From: a virus
DNA length: 40,617 bases
Strand: one strand, 5' to 3'
IMG/VR virus record: IMGVR_UViG_3300033074_001163
Location: 1-40,617 of that record
The notes beneath the pieces are model-generated. The model had not been told where the DNA came from. It saw only the letters and a list, made by a program, of their open reading frames with translations, and searched no databases. Positions within the stretch are counted from its first letter, which is position 1. Every line of letters starts with the position of its first letter. Of the stretch, positions 8,983 through 18,238 are shown piece by piece. Made by a program: the position numbers and the translations under genes.

Positions 8983-9201
8983 TTATACTATATCGCTATA
9001 ATCTGGTTGTGAAGCTTCAATGTCTTTTAAAACTTCAATCTTTTTACTTCTAATCCCCAATTTGTACTCTATTTGTTCTATGTAGTAAGACTGTTCTATT
9101 GCGTTTAAAACATTATCATCATTTCTTTTAACTGTATCAAGTAGTGTACTCCATTGTTTTAGTGTTCGTTCTACTGACATATCTACTAATTTTCTAATCA
9201 T
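8983..9201 (-). CDS. Hypothetical early protein
   Basis: 72-aa ORF. Its start overlaps the stop of 9198..9686. Confidence 0.55.
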   Translation of the reverse strand: MIRKLVDMSVERTLKQWSTLLDTVKRNDDNVLNAIEQSYYIEQIEYKLGIRSKKIEVLKDIEASQPDYSDIV

Positions 9202-9686
9202 AATTTACATTCCTTATAATTTGATTGATAAATTTCATCTTTTGGTTGGTTTTGGTCTTTTTGCCATTTACCAACTGCACCATTTTTAAGCCATTCTTCT
9301 TTTTGTTTTGGGTCTTGTTTTCTACAATTAATATGTTTAAAAACTTCATTATTACATTTAGTATTATCATATCCCATAAGTTCAGTTTCATTAATGCAAA
9401 ATACTTGAATGTCTTGAATTGCGTCGATAATTTCTGTTTGACTCCATTCAAACTCATCGGTAAAACCAAAATATTGATTTACAATTTTTGTTTTAATGTC
9501 ATCAACTGCTACTTTTTCATATAAAGGCTCCAATAACTCTTCCAAAACACTACCAACAAAAGTTAAGTAATCAGCTTTTGTAATGTTTCTTTCTTTTCTC
9601 CAATTTCTTAAGTTTTCTGTTAAATTTTTATCTTCAACTTTTACTTCTATTTTTGTATTTATTAAATTTAAACATTCATTTAACAT
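9198..9686 (-). CDS. Putative MazG-like nucleotide pyrophosphohydrolase
   Basis: Acidic helical motif pattern LEELLEP..DD..D..DIQ. This is a weak call made by eye. Confidence 0.35.
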   Translation of the reverse strand: MLNECLNLINTKIEVKVEDKNLTENLRNWRKERNITKADYLTFVGSVLEELLEPLYEKVAVDDIKTKIVNQYFGFTDEFEWSQTEIIDAIQDIQVFCINETELMGYDNTKCNNEVFKHINCRKQDPKQKEEWLKNGAVGKWQKDQNQPKDEIYQSNYKECKL

Positions 9687-9695
9687 TTCAATCTC

Positions 9696-10016
9696 CTATA
9701 ATTTTTCATATTCATCGTAATTTGTTGCAATCCAAAGATAGTTATTATAATCTTTGACACTATCTTCTAAACCCGCGTTTAAGTCTTTTATTTCAATTTG
9801 CGTAGTATAGTCGCTAAAATTAGGACTCTCTTTTAATTGTTGAAGTTTTGATTTAATAAAATCAATCCTAACCTTTTTTAATATTGCTAAAGTCATAGCT
9901 ACATCTTTAGGAGTTATTCCCCTATCGTAATATTCACTTTGTAGTCTAGCTATTTCTTTAAAAGAATCTCCGTATATTTTTTTTCTTTGTTGTATTGTTT
10001 TTTTACATATCATCAT
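9696..10016 (-). CDS. Hypothetical protein (DUF6378-like)
   Basis: RKKIYGDSF..DVAMTLAILKKVR pattern. Weak call. Confidence 0.4.
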   Translation of the reverse strand: MMICKKTIQQRKKIYGDSFKEIARLQSEYYDRGITPKDVAMTLAILKKVRIDFIKSKLQQLKESPNFSDYTTQIEIKDLNAGLEDSVKDYNNYLWIATNYDEYEKL

Positions 10017-10144
10017 TTTTTGCCACCAAACAAACTACCGATAAAGCTACCTACTAAAACAAAAGCACCTAAAACAAAAGTAATTATAACTGGAGCTAAA
10101 TAAATACCGACCATAAATAAAATTCCTATTCCTACAATTTCCAT
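10013..10144 (-). CDS. Small membrane protein, 43 aa (not in the ORF track)
   Basis: MEIVGIGILFMVGIYLAPVIITFVLGAFVLVGSFIGSLFGGKK. AAAGG lies upstream. TAATG and ATGA overlaps link it to both neighbours. Confidence 0.5.
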   Translation of the reverse strand: MEIVGIGILFMVGIYLAPVIITFVLGAFVLVGSFIGSLFGGKK

Positions 10145-10266
10145 TACATAACCTTTCTTTCAAATTCAATTAATTTTCCCTTATTTAACTCAACTAATTC
10201 TTTAAATTGTTTAACTGTTAAATTAGTTACATTTATTTTTCTTTTGTCTGTTTTTATGTAAATCAT
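10144..10266 (-). CDS. Small protein, 40 aa (not in the ORF track)
   Basis: MIYIKTDKRKINVTNLTVKQFKELVELNKGKLIEFERKVM. ATGA overlap with 10263..10493 and TAATG overlap with 10013..10144. Confidence 0.4.
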   Translation of the reverse strand: MIYIKTDKRKINVTNLTVKQFKELVELNKGKLIEFERKVM

Positions 10267-10493
10267 AATACTATTCCCCTTATTTTTAAAATTGCTTTTT
10301 TAAATTTATCTTTGTTTGTTTTTAAGTCATCATAATCATATAAATAAACACCCTCTTTTAATATTTCTCCATCGTAAAACCAAATACAAGTTGCACCTTT
10401 TCTATATGTTATTTGTGTATTACTACCTTGGATTAAAATTTCTTTAATCAATCCAATAGCAAAATTTGCTAATTGTTTTTTAGTTGTTTTCAT
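10263..10493 (-). CDS. Hypothetical early protein
   Basis: 76-aa ORF with AGAGGGG upstream of its start. Confidence 0.6.
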   Translation of the reverse strand: MKTTKKQLANFAIGLIKEILIQGSNTQITYRKGATCIWFYDGEILKEGVYLYDYDDLKTNKDKFKKAILKIRGIVL

Positions 10494-10661
10494 ACTCTAC
10501 CCCTCTTTTTATTAAACTAACTAAAGTGGAATAAAATCTTTTCACAACTACTAATCCACTTTAGCTAATCTAACATAAAATTTTTAAAGAACCTATAAAG
10601 AAGTTTTAACCTCTTTATAGATGTAATTCTAATATAAATATTTTTAATTATAGCTTAAATA

Positions 10662-11006
10662 TTAAAATATTTTTAAATATTTTTCAAATTTTTCTTTAGC
10701 ATCTAAAAATCCATAACCAATTAAAACAGTAAAACCTAAACTTTCAATTTTAGGAATAAGTTCTTTTTGGTTTGGATTTAATTTTCCATTTCTTTTTTTC
10801 ATTTCAATAAATAAACTTTTACCATTTGGAAATAAAATGCAAATATCGGGAGTTCCTTTCAAAAGTCCAGTATTTACAAATTTATTTCCATTGTGCCTAT
10901 TGCCCTCATTTGGAATTGAAAATAAAATATACTCTTTATAACTTAGTCTAAACCAATCAACAAAAGCTCTCTGTTCTTCGTATTCGCTAGGAAATAAGGT
11001 TTTCAT
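10662..11006 (-). CDS. VRR-NUC domain nuclease
   Basis: EYEEQRAFVDWF..IPNEG..GLLKGTPDICILF..FIEMKK..LNPNQKE, which is the PD-(D/E)xK VRR-NUC pattern. Confidence 0.8.
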   Translation of the reverse strand: MKTLFPSEYEEQRAFVDWFRLSYKEYILFSIPNEGNRHNGNKFVNTGLLKGTPDICILFPNGKSLFIEMKKRNGKLNPNQKELIPKIESLGFTVLIGYGFLDAKEKFEKYLKIF

Positions 11007-11151
11007 AATTCATCTTCATTAATGCTTTTGCAATAATTGCATCGTAAGAAATTGACCTTTTATTTTTAGCAATATATTCTTTTTTTAAATCTTGCAATTT
11101 TAAAACAGCAGTACCATTAAGTACAACTGCTTTTTTAATTTTATCTTTCAT
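10987..11151 (-). CDS. Small protein, 54 aa, ribbon-helix-helix-like (not in the ORF track)
   Basis: MKDKIKKAVVLNGTAVLKLQDLKKEYIAKNKRSISYDAIIAKALMKMNYENLIS. The pattern is strand-helix-helix. Confidence 0.4.
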   Translation of the reverse strand: MKDKIKKAVVLNGTAVLKLQDLKKEYIAKNKRSISYDAIIAKALMKMNYENLIS

Positions 11152-11161
11152 TTATATAATC

Positions 11162-11653
11162 CTAAAATGGGATTTCATCTTCATCAATCTCTATTGTTGG
11201 AGTTTGTATAGACTCATTAATACCATTGTTCTCGTCCGACTTAGCTTCGGGAATGGGAGGCAATTTATCATTAAATGATGAATATTCCCAACTCTTAACT
11301 TTATGTGTAATTCCAGGAGTTCCATCTTTTTTAGTGTAATTTTCTTGCTTGATATTAGCAACAACATATCTTTTAACAAAATCATTAATATCATAAATTT
11401 CTGGAGCATTTAAAGCAACTTCTAACTGTTTAATTCTCCACAATGAAGATTGACCGATATTAAAAGTTTCGCTATGCACAAAAGTAGGCTCTTTTGTCCC
11501 AACTTCTACACCTTTAAAATGCAACTTAAATTTTGCATCTCCTGCGTTTGTAAAACCATCTTCTTCAAATTTCTCAATTCTAAATAAAAATTTACCTTCT
11601 TTATTTACGAATACATTTTCGTTAAGCTCCACGCCTTTAGTATTAATTATCAT
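11162..11653 (-). CDS. Single-stranded DNA-binding protein, DUF669-type
   Basis: The acidic C-terminal tail IEIDEDEIPF matches the SSB C-terminal D-x-I-P-F motif. It sits in a recombination module. Confidence 0.7.
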   Translation of the reverse strand: MIINTKGVELNENVFVNKEGKFLFRIEKFEEDGFTNAGDAKFKLHFKGVEVGTKEPTFVHSETFNIGQSSLWRIKQLEVALNAPEIYDINDFVKRYVVANIKQENYTKKDGTPGITHKVKSWEYSSFNDKLPPIPEAKSDENNGINESIQTPTIEIDEDEIPF

Positions 11654-12369
11654 TTTTCAAATTCCTTTACAAGTTCCATTAATTTTTGTTCATTCGTTAC
11701 TAATTCATTTAACAAATCACCATCATTTAAAAGATTATATTTTTCTGCAAACTCTTTAATCATTGCATTTGTAAAATCTAATTTTCTAAGTTTTAATGTT
11801 AATACTTTTTTATCTGCTTCATTATTGCTTGTTTCTTCAACAATAGTTGCTGTTTCTATTTCTTCATTGTTTTCCTTTGTGTCAAAATCCTGAACTTCTT
11901 CAGCTAAATACATATTATTTAAACATCTTGGATAAGACATTCTAATTCCTGCACTCGTACATCTAGCTCTTAGCATAGCTTTTAAATTCTTTTTCCAGTT
12001 ATCTTTATTAATAAGTCCTGCATCTGTTGCATCTTTTACAGTATATTCATATTCAAAAGTTCCACTTGATGGGTGATTAAATTCAGCTTTTGCACTTGTT
12101 TCATCTGATTTAATCCATTTAATTTTACCACCACAATCCATAAATCTTGCAAGTGCTTCACTAGCTTTTAATGCTGGTTGCCCGTTTATTATATCGTAAG
12201 CCATAAGAGCTTTCATAGGATGGATGTTTTCAGCTTGAGCTATTAACATTAATGTAAATACTTGCTCTTCAGCTTTTGCACTAAATAGTTTTGATGCACT
12301 TGCACTTTTTGCCATTACTCTTACTTGGTCTATTGGTATTAAATTACTCATAATTCTATTTTCTCCCAT
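11650..12369 (-). CDS. Putative single-strand annealing / recombination protein
   Basis: It lies between the Gp157-like gene and the SSB. C-terminal pattern NWKKNLKAMLRARCTSAGIRMSYP. The family is not firmly recognised. Confidence 0.4.
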   Translation of the reverse strand: MGENRIMSNLIPIDQVRVMAKSASASKLFSAKAEEQVFTLMLIAQAENIHPMKALMAYDIINGQPALKASEALARFMDCGGKIKWIKSDETSAKAEFNHPSSGTFEYEYTVKDATDAGLINKDNWKKNLKAMLRARCTSAGIRMSYPRCLNNMYLAEEVQDFDTKENNEEIETATIVEETSNNEADKKVLTLKLRKLDFTNAMIKEFAEKYNLLNDGDLLNELVTNEQKLMELVKEFEK

Positions 12370-12587
12370 AAATTTAATTCTTTATTTATTAATTGTTCTA
12401 CTGTATCTGGCTTTACATATTGTTTTTTTAATACATTAAACCAGCCACCATTTCCAAAAGAAGACTCAATTATCCAAGTTTTAGTATGACTATTTGGCAA
12501 ATGCTTAATAAAACAATTTGTAATTACTAAACTACCAATAACTAAATTTCCTTTTGTATTTATTCCTCTAAATAAAGGAGTCATCAT
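12348..12587 (-). CDS. Hypothetical protein
   Basis: 79-aa ORF overlapping both neighbours. Confidence 0.5.
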   Translation of the reverse strand: MMTPLFRGINTKGNLVIGSLVITNCFIKHLPNSHTKTWIIESSFGNGGWFNVLKKQYVKPDTVEQLINKELNLWEKIEL

Positions 12588-13096
12588 CTAACTCCTAAAC
12601 TTTGCTTTTCTGTTAAAAATACACCATCTATTTTAAGCCCATCTTTCAAAGCTTTTTTTAATTGTACTTTGTCAGCTTCTTTTTTGATTCTTAAAAACTC
12701 TCTTGGAATTTCATCTAAATCTCTAACTTCTACGCTTTCACTTGTTTTTATACTAAAGCTATACAATTGAGTTTTAAACTTAGTTTGATCACTTGATAAA
12801 ATTGCATTCATCATCATTTTACTAAGCCTATCAGCTCTATTTTCTAAAGCTTGTTTTTTAGCTTGTAATCGCTTAATCTCTTTTGCTAAAATATCAGCTT
12901 CGCCCTCTAAAGTTAAACAATATCTTTGAGAATTATCTAATTTATCCTCAAATGATAAAGTTAAATCATTAAATAGTTTATTTAAAACTTCTGTATTATC
13001 AACTATTTCTCCAGTTTCTTCATTCACTTCTAAATCATTATCAATCAAATCTTTTAATGCAAAAAATTCTAATGATAAATCAAATAAACTTGCCAT
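12584..13096 (-). CDS. Siphovirus Gp157-like protein (Gam-like host-nuclease inhibitor family)
   Basis: 170 aa. The pattern EGEADILAKEIKRLQAKKQALENRADRLSKMM followed by IPREF..KALKDG..GV is typical of Sipho_Gp157. Confidence 0.65.
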   Translation of the reverse strand: MASLFDLSLEFFALKDLIDNDLEVNEETGEIVDNTEVLNKLFNDLTLSFEDKLDNSQRYCLTLEGEADILAKEIKRLQAKKQALENRADRLSKMMMNAILSSDQTKFKTQLYSFSIKTSESVEVRDLDEIPREFLRIKKEADKVQLKKALKDGLKIDGVFLTEKQSLGVR

Positions 13097-13354
13097 TTTT
13101 TTTTATCTCCTTTTTCTCTTTTTAAGATAAAGAATTATTGCATTAATTAAATTAATTTTAACTTAAAAATTAAATATTTTTTAATTTATTTTTAAATTCT
13201 ATCCATCTATTGCATTTTTCTATAAATGTTTTTTCATCACATTTAAAGTTAATAAAATCTCTCATATAATTTTTGTATAACTTTTTATTAATTAAATATA
13301 TGGTCATAATATTAGTTTTATAATTATATGAAAGTTCTTTTATTTCTTCGAGTT

Positions 13355-14875
13355 TTAACAGAACATCAACCTTGATATTTTTTTATTTTGACTTCTTGTT
13401 TGTTTAATTAGTTGTATTGCTTCAATTGGACTCATTTTCATTTTTAAATGGTCTAATAATCTAAGTGCATATTGCCATTTAAATCCGTCTTTTTTAACTT
13501 CAGCTTTTAATATCACTTCCACATCTTCCCACTTATCACTTTTAAAAGCTTCATTATATTTAATTTCTTTTAGTTCTTCATCGCTTAATAAAATCTCTCT
13601 AAATTTTCTTTTGTGTCCACAACATTTACACTCTAAATCAAAATTAATACTCTTATCTTCTTTTGTCATAATTAAGCCACCTTTTGACTCAAATATTTGA
13701 CCGCAACCCTCACATAAACTCATATTTATTAATTTAATATTTTCAACAGTTTCAGTATTTCCGCAATCGCATTTATAATTACTTATAACGGAATATTCAT
13801 ATTGACTTAAATCCTTCACAGTTCTATTTATTAATTTAAACTTCAATCCACATTTACACATCTTATTTTTATCTTGTTTTTTTCTATTAAAATCCATTCT
13901 ATCCAAAGGATGTTGAGTGTTTTTGATAACTTCAGCACAATCAATAATTAAAGCTTCTTTATTTGGGTCTAATGGATTTAGTCTAGTAGCCCGTCCATAT
14001 ATTTGTACAGCTTTTATAATTGACTTTGTTGGACTTGCCAAAATTAAACAATAAATATCAGGCATATCAACGCCAGTTACTAATATATCAACATTTAATA
14101 AAAGTTTAATTTCATTATTTCTAAATTTTTTAATAGTTTCTTCGGTTTCTGTTTTTTTAGAATGAACACTATCACATTTAATACCAGCTTTTATAAATTC
14201 TTCTTTTAGCTCTTCAGCGTGTTTTACATTTACACAATAAACTATTGTTTTTAATCCACTTGCATATTTTTTATAAACTTCAACAATATCTTTTTTAATA
14301 GATGATTTTGCCATTAAATCATAAGATTGTTTTTGATTAAAGTCACCACCTACACTTTTTAAAGTAGAGGTATCAACGCTTGATGAACTTAAGACTTTTA
14401 CTGGACTTGCATATCCTAATTTTATTAAATCAGGTAGTTGAATAATATCAAGTATTTCATCAAATTCAAGAGCATTTCCATAACTATCAATTGGTGTAGC
14501 ACTTAACCCTACTATATATTTTGATTTAATATTATTTTGTAACTTAGAATCACTTGCATAATGAACTTCATCAATTAAAACTAAATCGTATAAATCAGTT
14601 TCATTTTTCCCATATTTTTGTAATGTTCCTATTTCAACATCTAGTCCTTTTAAAGTTTCTTTCATTTGATTAATTAAAACATTTCTAAATGTAAAATATG
14701 CCACTTTCCCAGTTTTGTTTTTCTCTCTAAATTTACTTATTATTTCTCTTGATATTGGACTTTTCCCAGACCCAGTTGCAAGTGTTAAACATATTCTTTT
14801 ATTACCTCTTGCAAAAGATTCTCTTGCCTTTTGTATAGCTTCAATTTGATATGGTCGCATTTTAAACATAATCAA
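13355..14875 (-). CDS. Superfamily 2 DEAD/DEAH-type helicase with a C-terminal double zinc-ribbon extension
   Basis: Motif I LATGSGKS, II LIDEVHY, III GLSATP, VI QIYGRATR. C-terminal pairs CKCG..CDCG and CEGCG..CKCCG. Confidence 0.85.
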   Translation of the reverse strand: MIMFKMRPYQIEAIQKARESFARGNKRICLTLATGSGKSPISREIISKFREKNKTGKVAYFTFRNVLINQMKETLKGLDVEIGTLQKYGKNETDLYDLVLIDEVHYASDSKLQNNIKSKYIVGLSATPIDSYGNALEFDEILDIIQLPDLIKLGYASPVKVLSSSSVDTSTLKSVGGDFNQKQSYDLMAKSSIKKDIVEVYKKYASGLKTIVYCVNVKHAEELKEEFIKAGIKCDSVHSKKTETEETIKKFRNNEIKLLLNVDILVTGVDMPDIYCLILASPTKSIIKAVQIYGRATRLNPLDPNKEALIIDCAEVIKNTQHPLDRMDFNRKKQDKNKMCKCGLKFKLINRTVKDLSQYEYSVISNYKCDCGNTETVENIKLINMSLCEGCGQIFESKGGLIMTKEDKSINFDLECKCCGHKRKFREILLSDEELKEIKYNEAFKSDKWEDVEVILKAEVKKDGFKWQYALRLLDHLKMKMSPIEAIQLIKQTRSQNKKISRLMFC

Positions 14876-16872
14876 TCTCCAAATATAGAAGTCAAGGCTT
14901 CATCATCGTAAACTGTATTATCAAATTCTGTTATTGTTGGTTGGTTATTCAAGCATTCACAAAACCAACCTTTACCTATTTTCTCAATAGTAAATATATT
15001 TTTATTATCACAAATCAAATTCCAAATAATATCTCTTTTGTCTTTTGTTTTATGATGCAAGAATCTTTTTTGAATATCGCTAATTGCAATTTTACCTTTA
15101 TCTTTTGAAAAATTAATAATTTCATCAATAGATACACTTTCTATTTCTTCATTATTTTCTTCTTGTATTTCTTCTAATTCATATTTTCCACTTATTGAAA
15201 CATCATAATTTGATAAATCAACTGTTGCTTCAATTTTTTCAAAATAATCAAATCTTCCCTTGTCATTTCTTAATAATATTTTATTTTTTGTTCGCTTTAA
15301 CCCCCACATAAAATCACAATCCCCGTGTATTACCGTTGAACCTCTAAATATAACATTTTCATTTGAATCTTCTTGTTTGTTTGAGTGATGAATGAATATT
15401 ATAGTAGCTCCAAAATTATCTCTCAATCTTATTCCTAAGTCCATAAATGGTTTAACTTGGTCGTCTTTCATAACATCTATAAATCTTCCCATAGTATCAA
15501 CTACTATTAAAACATCTTTCCCTTGACCTTTAAAAGTGCATAGTCTTTCCATTTCTGTTTTTAAACTATCAACGGAACTCATAGTATGAGTATGATAAAT
15601 CATTTGATTATTAAATGTTTCAGTTAATTTGCTAATCCTATTTTTTAATACACTAAGTGGATTGTCTGCGTCAAAATAAATAAATTTTTTAATTTTATTT
15701 TCCGTTATGGCTTTTTTTAAAAGCGACAATATTAATGAACTTTTACCTTGTCCAGCTTTTGAATGTATTACAGTCAAAGTTCCTTTAAATATAAATTTAT
15801 CAACTATTGATTCAACATCGGGAGTGTTTTCTAGCAATTCTTTCGTTAATAAACTTTTACAGCTTATTAAACCATCTTCCCAAGTTCCACTATTTTTAGT
15901 AACTTCATTAAAAGCATTTAAAAATTCTTCTAAACTTTTAAAATGATATAAATAATCACTAAAATCTTTTGATTCACATTTGCTTATATTTCTCATTAAA
16001 TTATGATTAAAATATATCTTATCACCATCGAAATTATCGTGAATATTTTTAATTGCATTTTCGCCAAAATCATCTATAAAAATTACTTTTTTACCTTTTA
16101 ATAATAGATAATCTTCATCTGTAAATTTATAATTTTTACTATAAAGAGAAACTACATCAAAACCACATAATAAAGCTGTTAAATAATCCCTTGAACCCTC
16201 AACAACTAAAACTAAATCTTTACCAGTTAATCTACAATATAAATATGATGAAGTTGTATTTGGTAGGCTATACCACTTAATCATCTTATTCTGTTCTTCG
16301 TTAAAGTAATATCTATATTTAAAAGTAAATGAAATACCATCTTTATTAGGTAATTTATGAATAGTAGTAGCTCTACTTTCAATAAATTTGGAAATACTCA
16401 TAAAATAGTCTAAATCTTCTTTTTTAGAATCTTTAAAAACCCATTCAGGAGCTATTGTTTTTAATTGTTGTAAATGATTCTCTTTTTTTAAATTTATGTT
16501 AGTATGAAAAACCCCGTTGAAACATTTTTCAACAATATCAGGCTTCATTTTGCTTTCACTATTGTCATAAGTTTTAATTTTTATTTCTTTGGCTTCAAAA
16601 TTATGTCCAGTTATTTTTGTTACAGCTTCTTTGAATTCTATATTTTCAGCTTTCATAACAAAATCAATTATTGAACCTCCATCGCCAGAACCAAAATCAG
16701 CCCAAGAATTAGTATCTTTATAAAGTTTCAAACTTGATGTTTTTTCACTTCTTAAACAGTTGTATTTGGTATGAACAGTATTTCCATTTCCATAAGGATT
16801 ACAACCATATTGCGAAGCTAAATCAACAATAGAAATACTTTGTTTTATTTTTTCTAAGTCTAAGTCGTTCAT
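14872..16872 (-). CDS. Bifunctional primase-helicase (Toprim plus RecA-like/AAA_25 domain)
   Basis: Toprim VVEGSRDYLT and IFIDDFGEN. Walker A SKAGQGKSS. Walker B VLIVVDT. The N-terminal region resembles a degenerate DnaG zinc finger. Confidence 0.8.
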   Translation of the reverse strand: MNDLDLEKIKQSISIVDLASQYGCNPYGNGNTVHTKYNCLRSEKTSSLKLYKDTNSWADFGSGDGGSIIDFVMKAENIEFKEAVTKITGHNFEAKEIKIKTYDNSESKMKPDIVEKCFNGVFHTNINLKKENHLQQLKTIAPEWVFKDSKKEDLDYFMSISKFIESRATTIHKLPNKDGISFTFKYRYYFNEEQNKMIKWYSLPNTTSSYLYCRLTGKDLVLVVEGSRDYLTALLCGFDVVSLYSKNYKFTDEDYLLLKGKKVIFIDDFGENAIKNIHDNFDGDKIYFNHNLMRNISKCESKDFSDYLYHFKSLEEFLNAFNEVTKNSGTWEDGLISCKSLLTKELLENTPDVESIVDKFIFKGTLTVIHSKAGQGKSSLILSLLKKAITENKIKKFIYFDADNPLSVLKNRISKLTETFNNQMIYHTHTMSSVDSLKTEMERLCTFKGQGKDVLIVVDTMGRFIDVMKDDQVKPFMDLGIRLRDNFGATIIFIHHSNKQEDSNENVIFRGSTVIHGDCDFMWGLKRTKNKILLRNDKGRFDYFEKIEATVDLSNYDVSISGKYELEEIQEENNEEIESVSIDEIINFSKDKGKIAISDIQKRFLHHKTKDKRDIIWNLICDNKNIFTIEKIGKGWFCECLNNQPTITEFDNTVYDDEALTSIFGD

Positions 16873-17159
16873 TTTTTAAAAGCCTTATCCAATAAAGACT
16901 CGATACTCTTAATATTTTTTTCATACATTTTGTCAAAAATATTAAATTTAATATTTCCTAGTTTTAAAGATTCATATTCATTAAAATTAAACGAATGTGG
17001 ATAATGCCCTTCATCTTCTTTTTTGTACGCAATAGCAATAACACTATCATCGTAAACTTTTGTAATTACACAATATTTTTCTTTTTTAGTATTTTTAAGC
17101 AATTCTAAATCTTGAATAACATCACCAACATTTATTTTTTTCATTTCTTGAATAGTCAT
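16869..17159 (-). CDS. Hypothetical protein, first gene of the leftward early operon
   Basis: 96-aa ORF. Its stop overlaps the primase-helicase start. Confidence 0.6.
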   Translation of the reverse strand: MTIQEMKKINVGDVIQDLELLKNTKKEKYCVITKVYDDSVIAIAYKKEDEGHYPHSFNFNEYESLKLGNIKFNIFDKMYEKNIKSIESLLDKAFKK

Positions 17160-17196
17160 TATTGTACCTTTCGATACCGCTAATTATTTTTTTTAA

Positions 17197-17375
17197 GGGA
17201 TTGTATATTATGAATAGGTTGCGGTCGGTCTATCCTACAAGCTCTTAATAAATCCCACCGACCGACCAAAGTAGAAATGGGATTTATAAAAAGCTTTTTA
17301 TTATCATTTAGTTAGGGAATCAAATATAAGGTTGCAACTACTCTAAGCGAATCCGCTATGAGCTTATATTTGATT
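17197..17375. other. Cluster of GC-enriched inverted repeats (candidate 5' leader RNA structure or origin-associated hairpins)
   Basis: CGGTCGGT 17222-17229 pairs with ACCGACCG 17257-17264. AAATCCCA 17250-17257 pairs with TGGGATTT 17278-17285. A 16-nt palindrome lies at 17286-17301. A 13-bp stem pairs 17318-17330 with 17363-17375. Confidence 0.5.
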
Positions 17376-17435
17376 AGTGAAATCTTACAAAAATAAATAT
17401 TAAAAATAGTTTAAAAAATAACTTTTATATTAAGT

Positions 17436-17632
17436 GGTAATTTGTTAGCAAATTACCGCAAATTACCCAAAAATATATTTTTATGTTTTTGAGCAAATTA
17501 CCAAATTACCAAAAATTACTGCGGTAAACGCAGAGTACCAAATTACTACTTATATATACCTTAAAAAATATATATACAAATTACCAAATTACTACATTTT
17601 TATATATATAGGGAATTTTTATTGGTAATTTG
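17436..17632. repeat. Iteron array: 10 copies of CAAATTAC(C/T), with the outermost two inverted
   Basis: Copies at 17436 (inverted), 17449, 17459, 17494, 17502, 17513, 17539, 17577, 17585 and 17624 (inverted). TATATATA tracts are interspersed. Confidence 0.85.
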
Positions 17633-17720
17633 CATTTTAATGGTTGAAAAATAATTTATTTTTAATATTAAATTAATTTTAATTACTATATAATTAGGTA
17701 ATTAATTAAAGAGGTGATGA

Positions 17721-17870
17721 ATGACACAACCAACGGATAAAGATATTTGTAAATATTTCGAGATTACTCCGCAGACTTTTTGCAACTGGAAAAAGCCAAA
17801 TGCTAAAGAGGGTAAGAAAAGAATGTATAAGGCTTTAAGAGAATTTTATATTAGAGAGGTATTAAAATAA
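17721..17870 (+). CDS. Small helix-turn-helix DNA-binding protein, 49 aa (not in the ORF track)
   Basis: AGAGGTGA RBS. MTQPTDKDICKYFEITPQTFCNWKKPNAKEGKKRMYKALREFYIREVLK. TAATG overlap with the next gene. Confidence 0.65.
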   Translation: MTQPTDKDICKYFEITPQTFCNWKKPNAKEGKKRMYKALREFYIREVLK

Positions 17871-18070
17871 TGGAAGAGAAAATATTAGAGTTAGAACTTG
17901 AAAAAAGCAAAATTAAAACAAGTAATATTTGGCATTTAATATTCACTATTTTATGTTTTCCTTATGCAATTATTTGGGCTTTTGCTTTAATGAGTTCGAA
18001 TAAAAGAAGAAAACAAATAGATGAACAAATAGCATTATTGAGATTGATGCAAGTTAGAGATAATAAGTAA
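17870..18070 (+). CDS. Small membrane protein
   Basis: TM segment IWHLIFTILCFPYAIIWAFALM. Confidence 0.55.
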   Translation: MEEKILELELEKSKIKTSNIWHLIFTILCFPYAIIWAFALMSSNKRRKQIDEQIALLRLMQVRDNK

Positions 18071-18238
18071 AGGTTGGTTAATGACTTGTAATATATTAAA
18101 AAACATAAACATACCAATTAATATTAAAGTTGTAAAAGATAAAAATAGATTATTAGTGTCTTATGTTCTTGATGATAATATTGAAGTAAGTAATAAAATA
18201 ATTGAAAGACCATTTATGAAAAATAATAGAGGTAATTG

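Noticed and set aside
9194-9524. Track ORFs 9194..9469 (-) and 9225..9524 (+)
   Set aside because: Both lie entirely inside 9198..9686 (-) in other frames and have skewed K/N or F/I composition.
13170-13307. A 45-aa minus-strand ORF in the 13097-13354 intergenic region
   Set aside because: It reads through without a stop, but it has no RBS, an extreme K/N/I composition, and lies in a promoter-like AT-rich spacer. Support is too weak to list it as a feature.
18082-18135. A small ORF filling the 165-nt gap upstream of terS
   Set aside because: On careful reading the ATG at 18082 runs only 17 codons to a TAA at 18133-18135. The gap is treated as non-coding.
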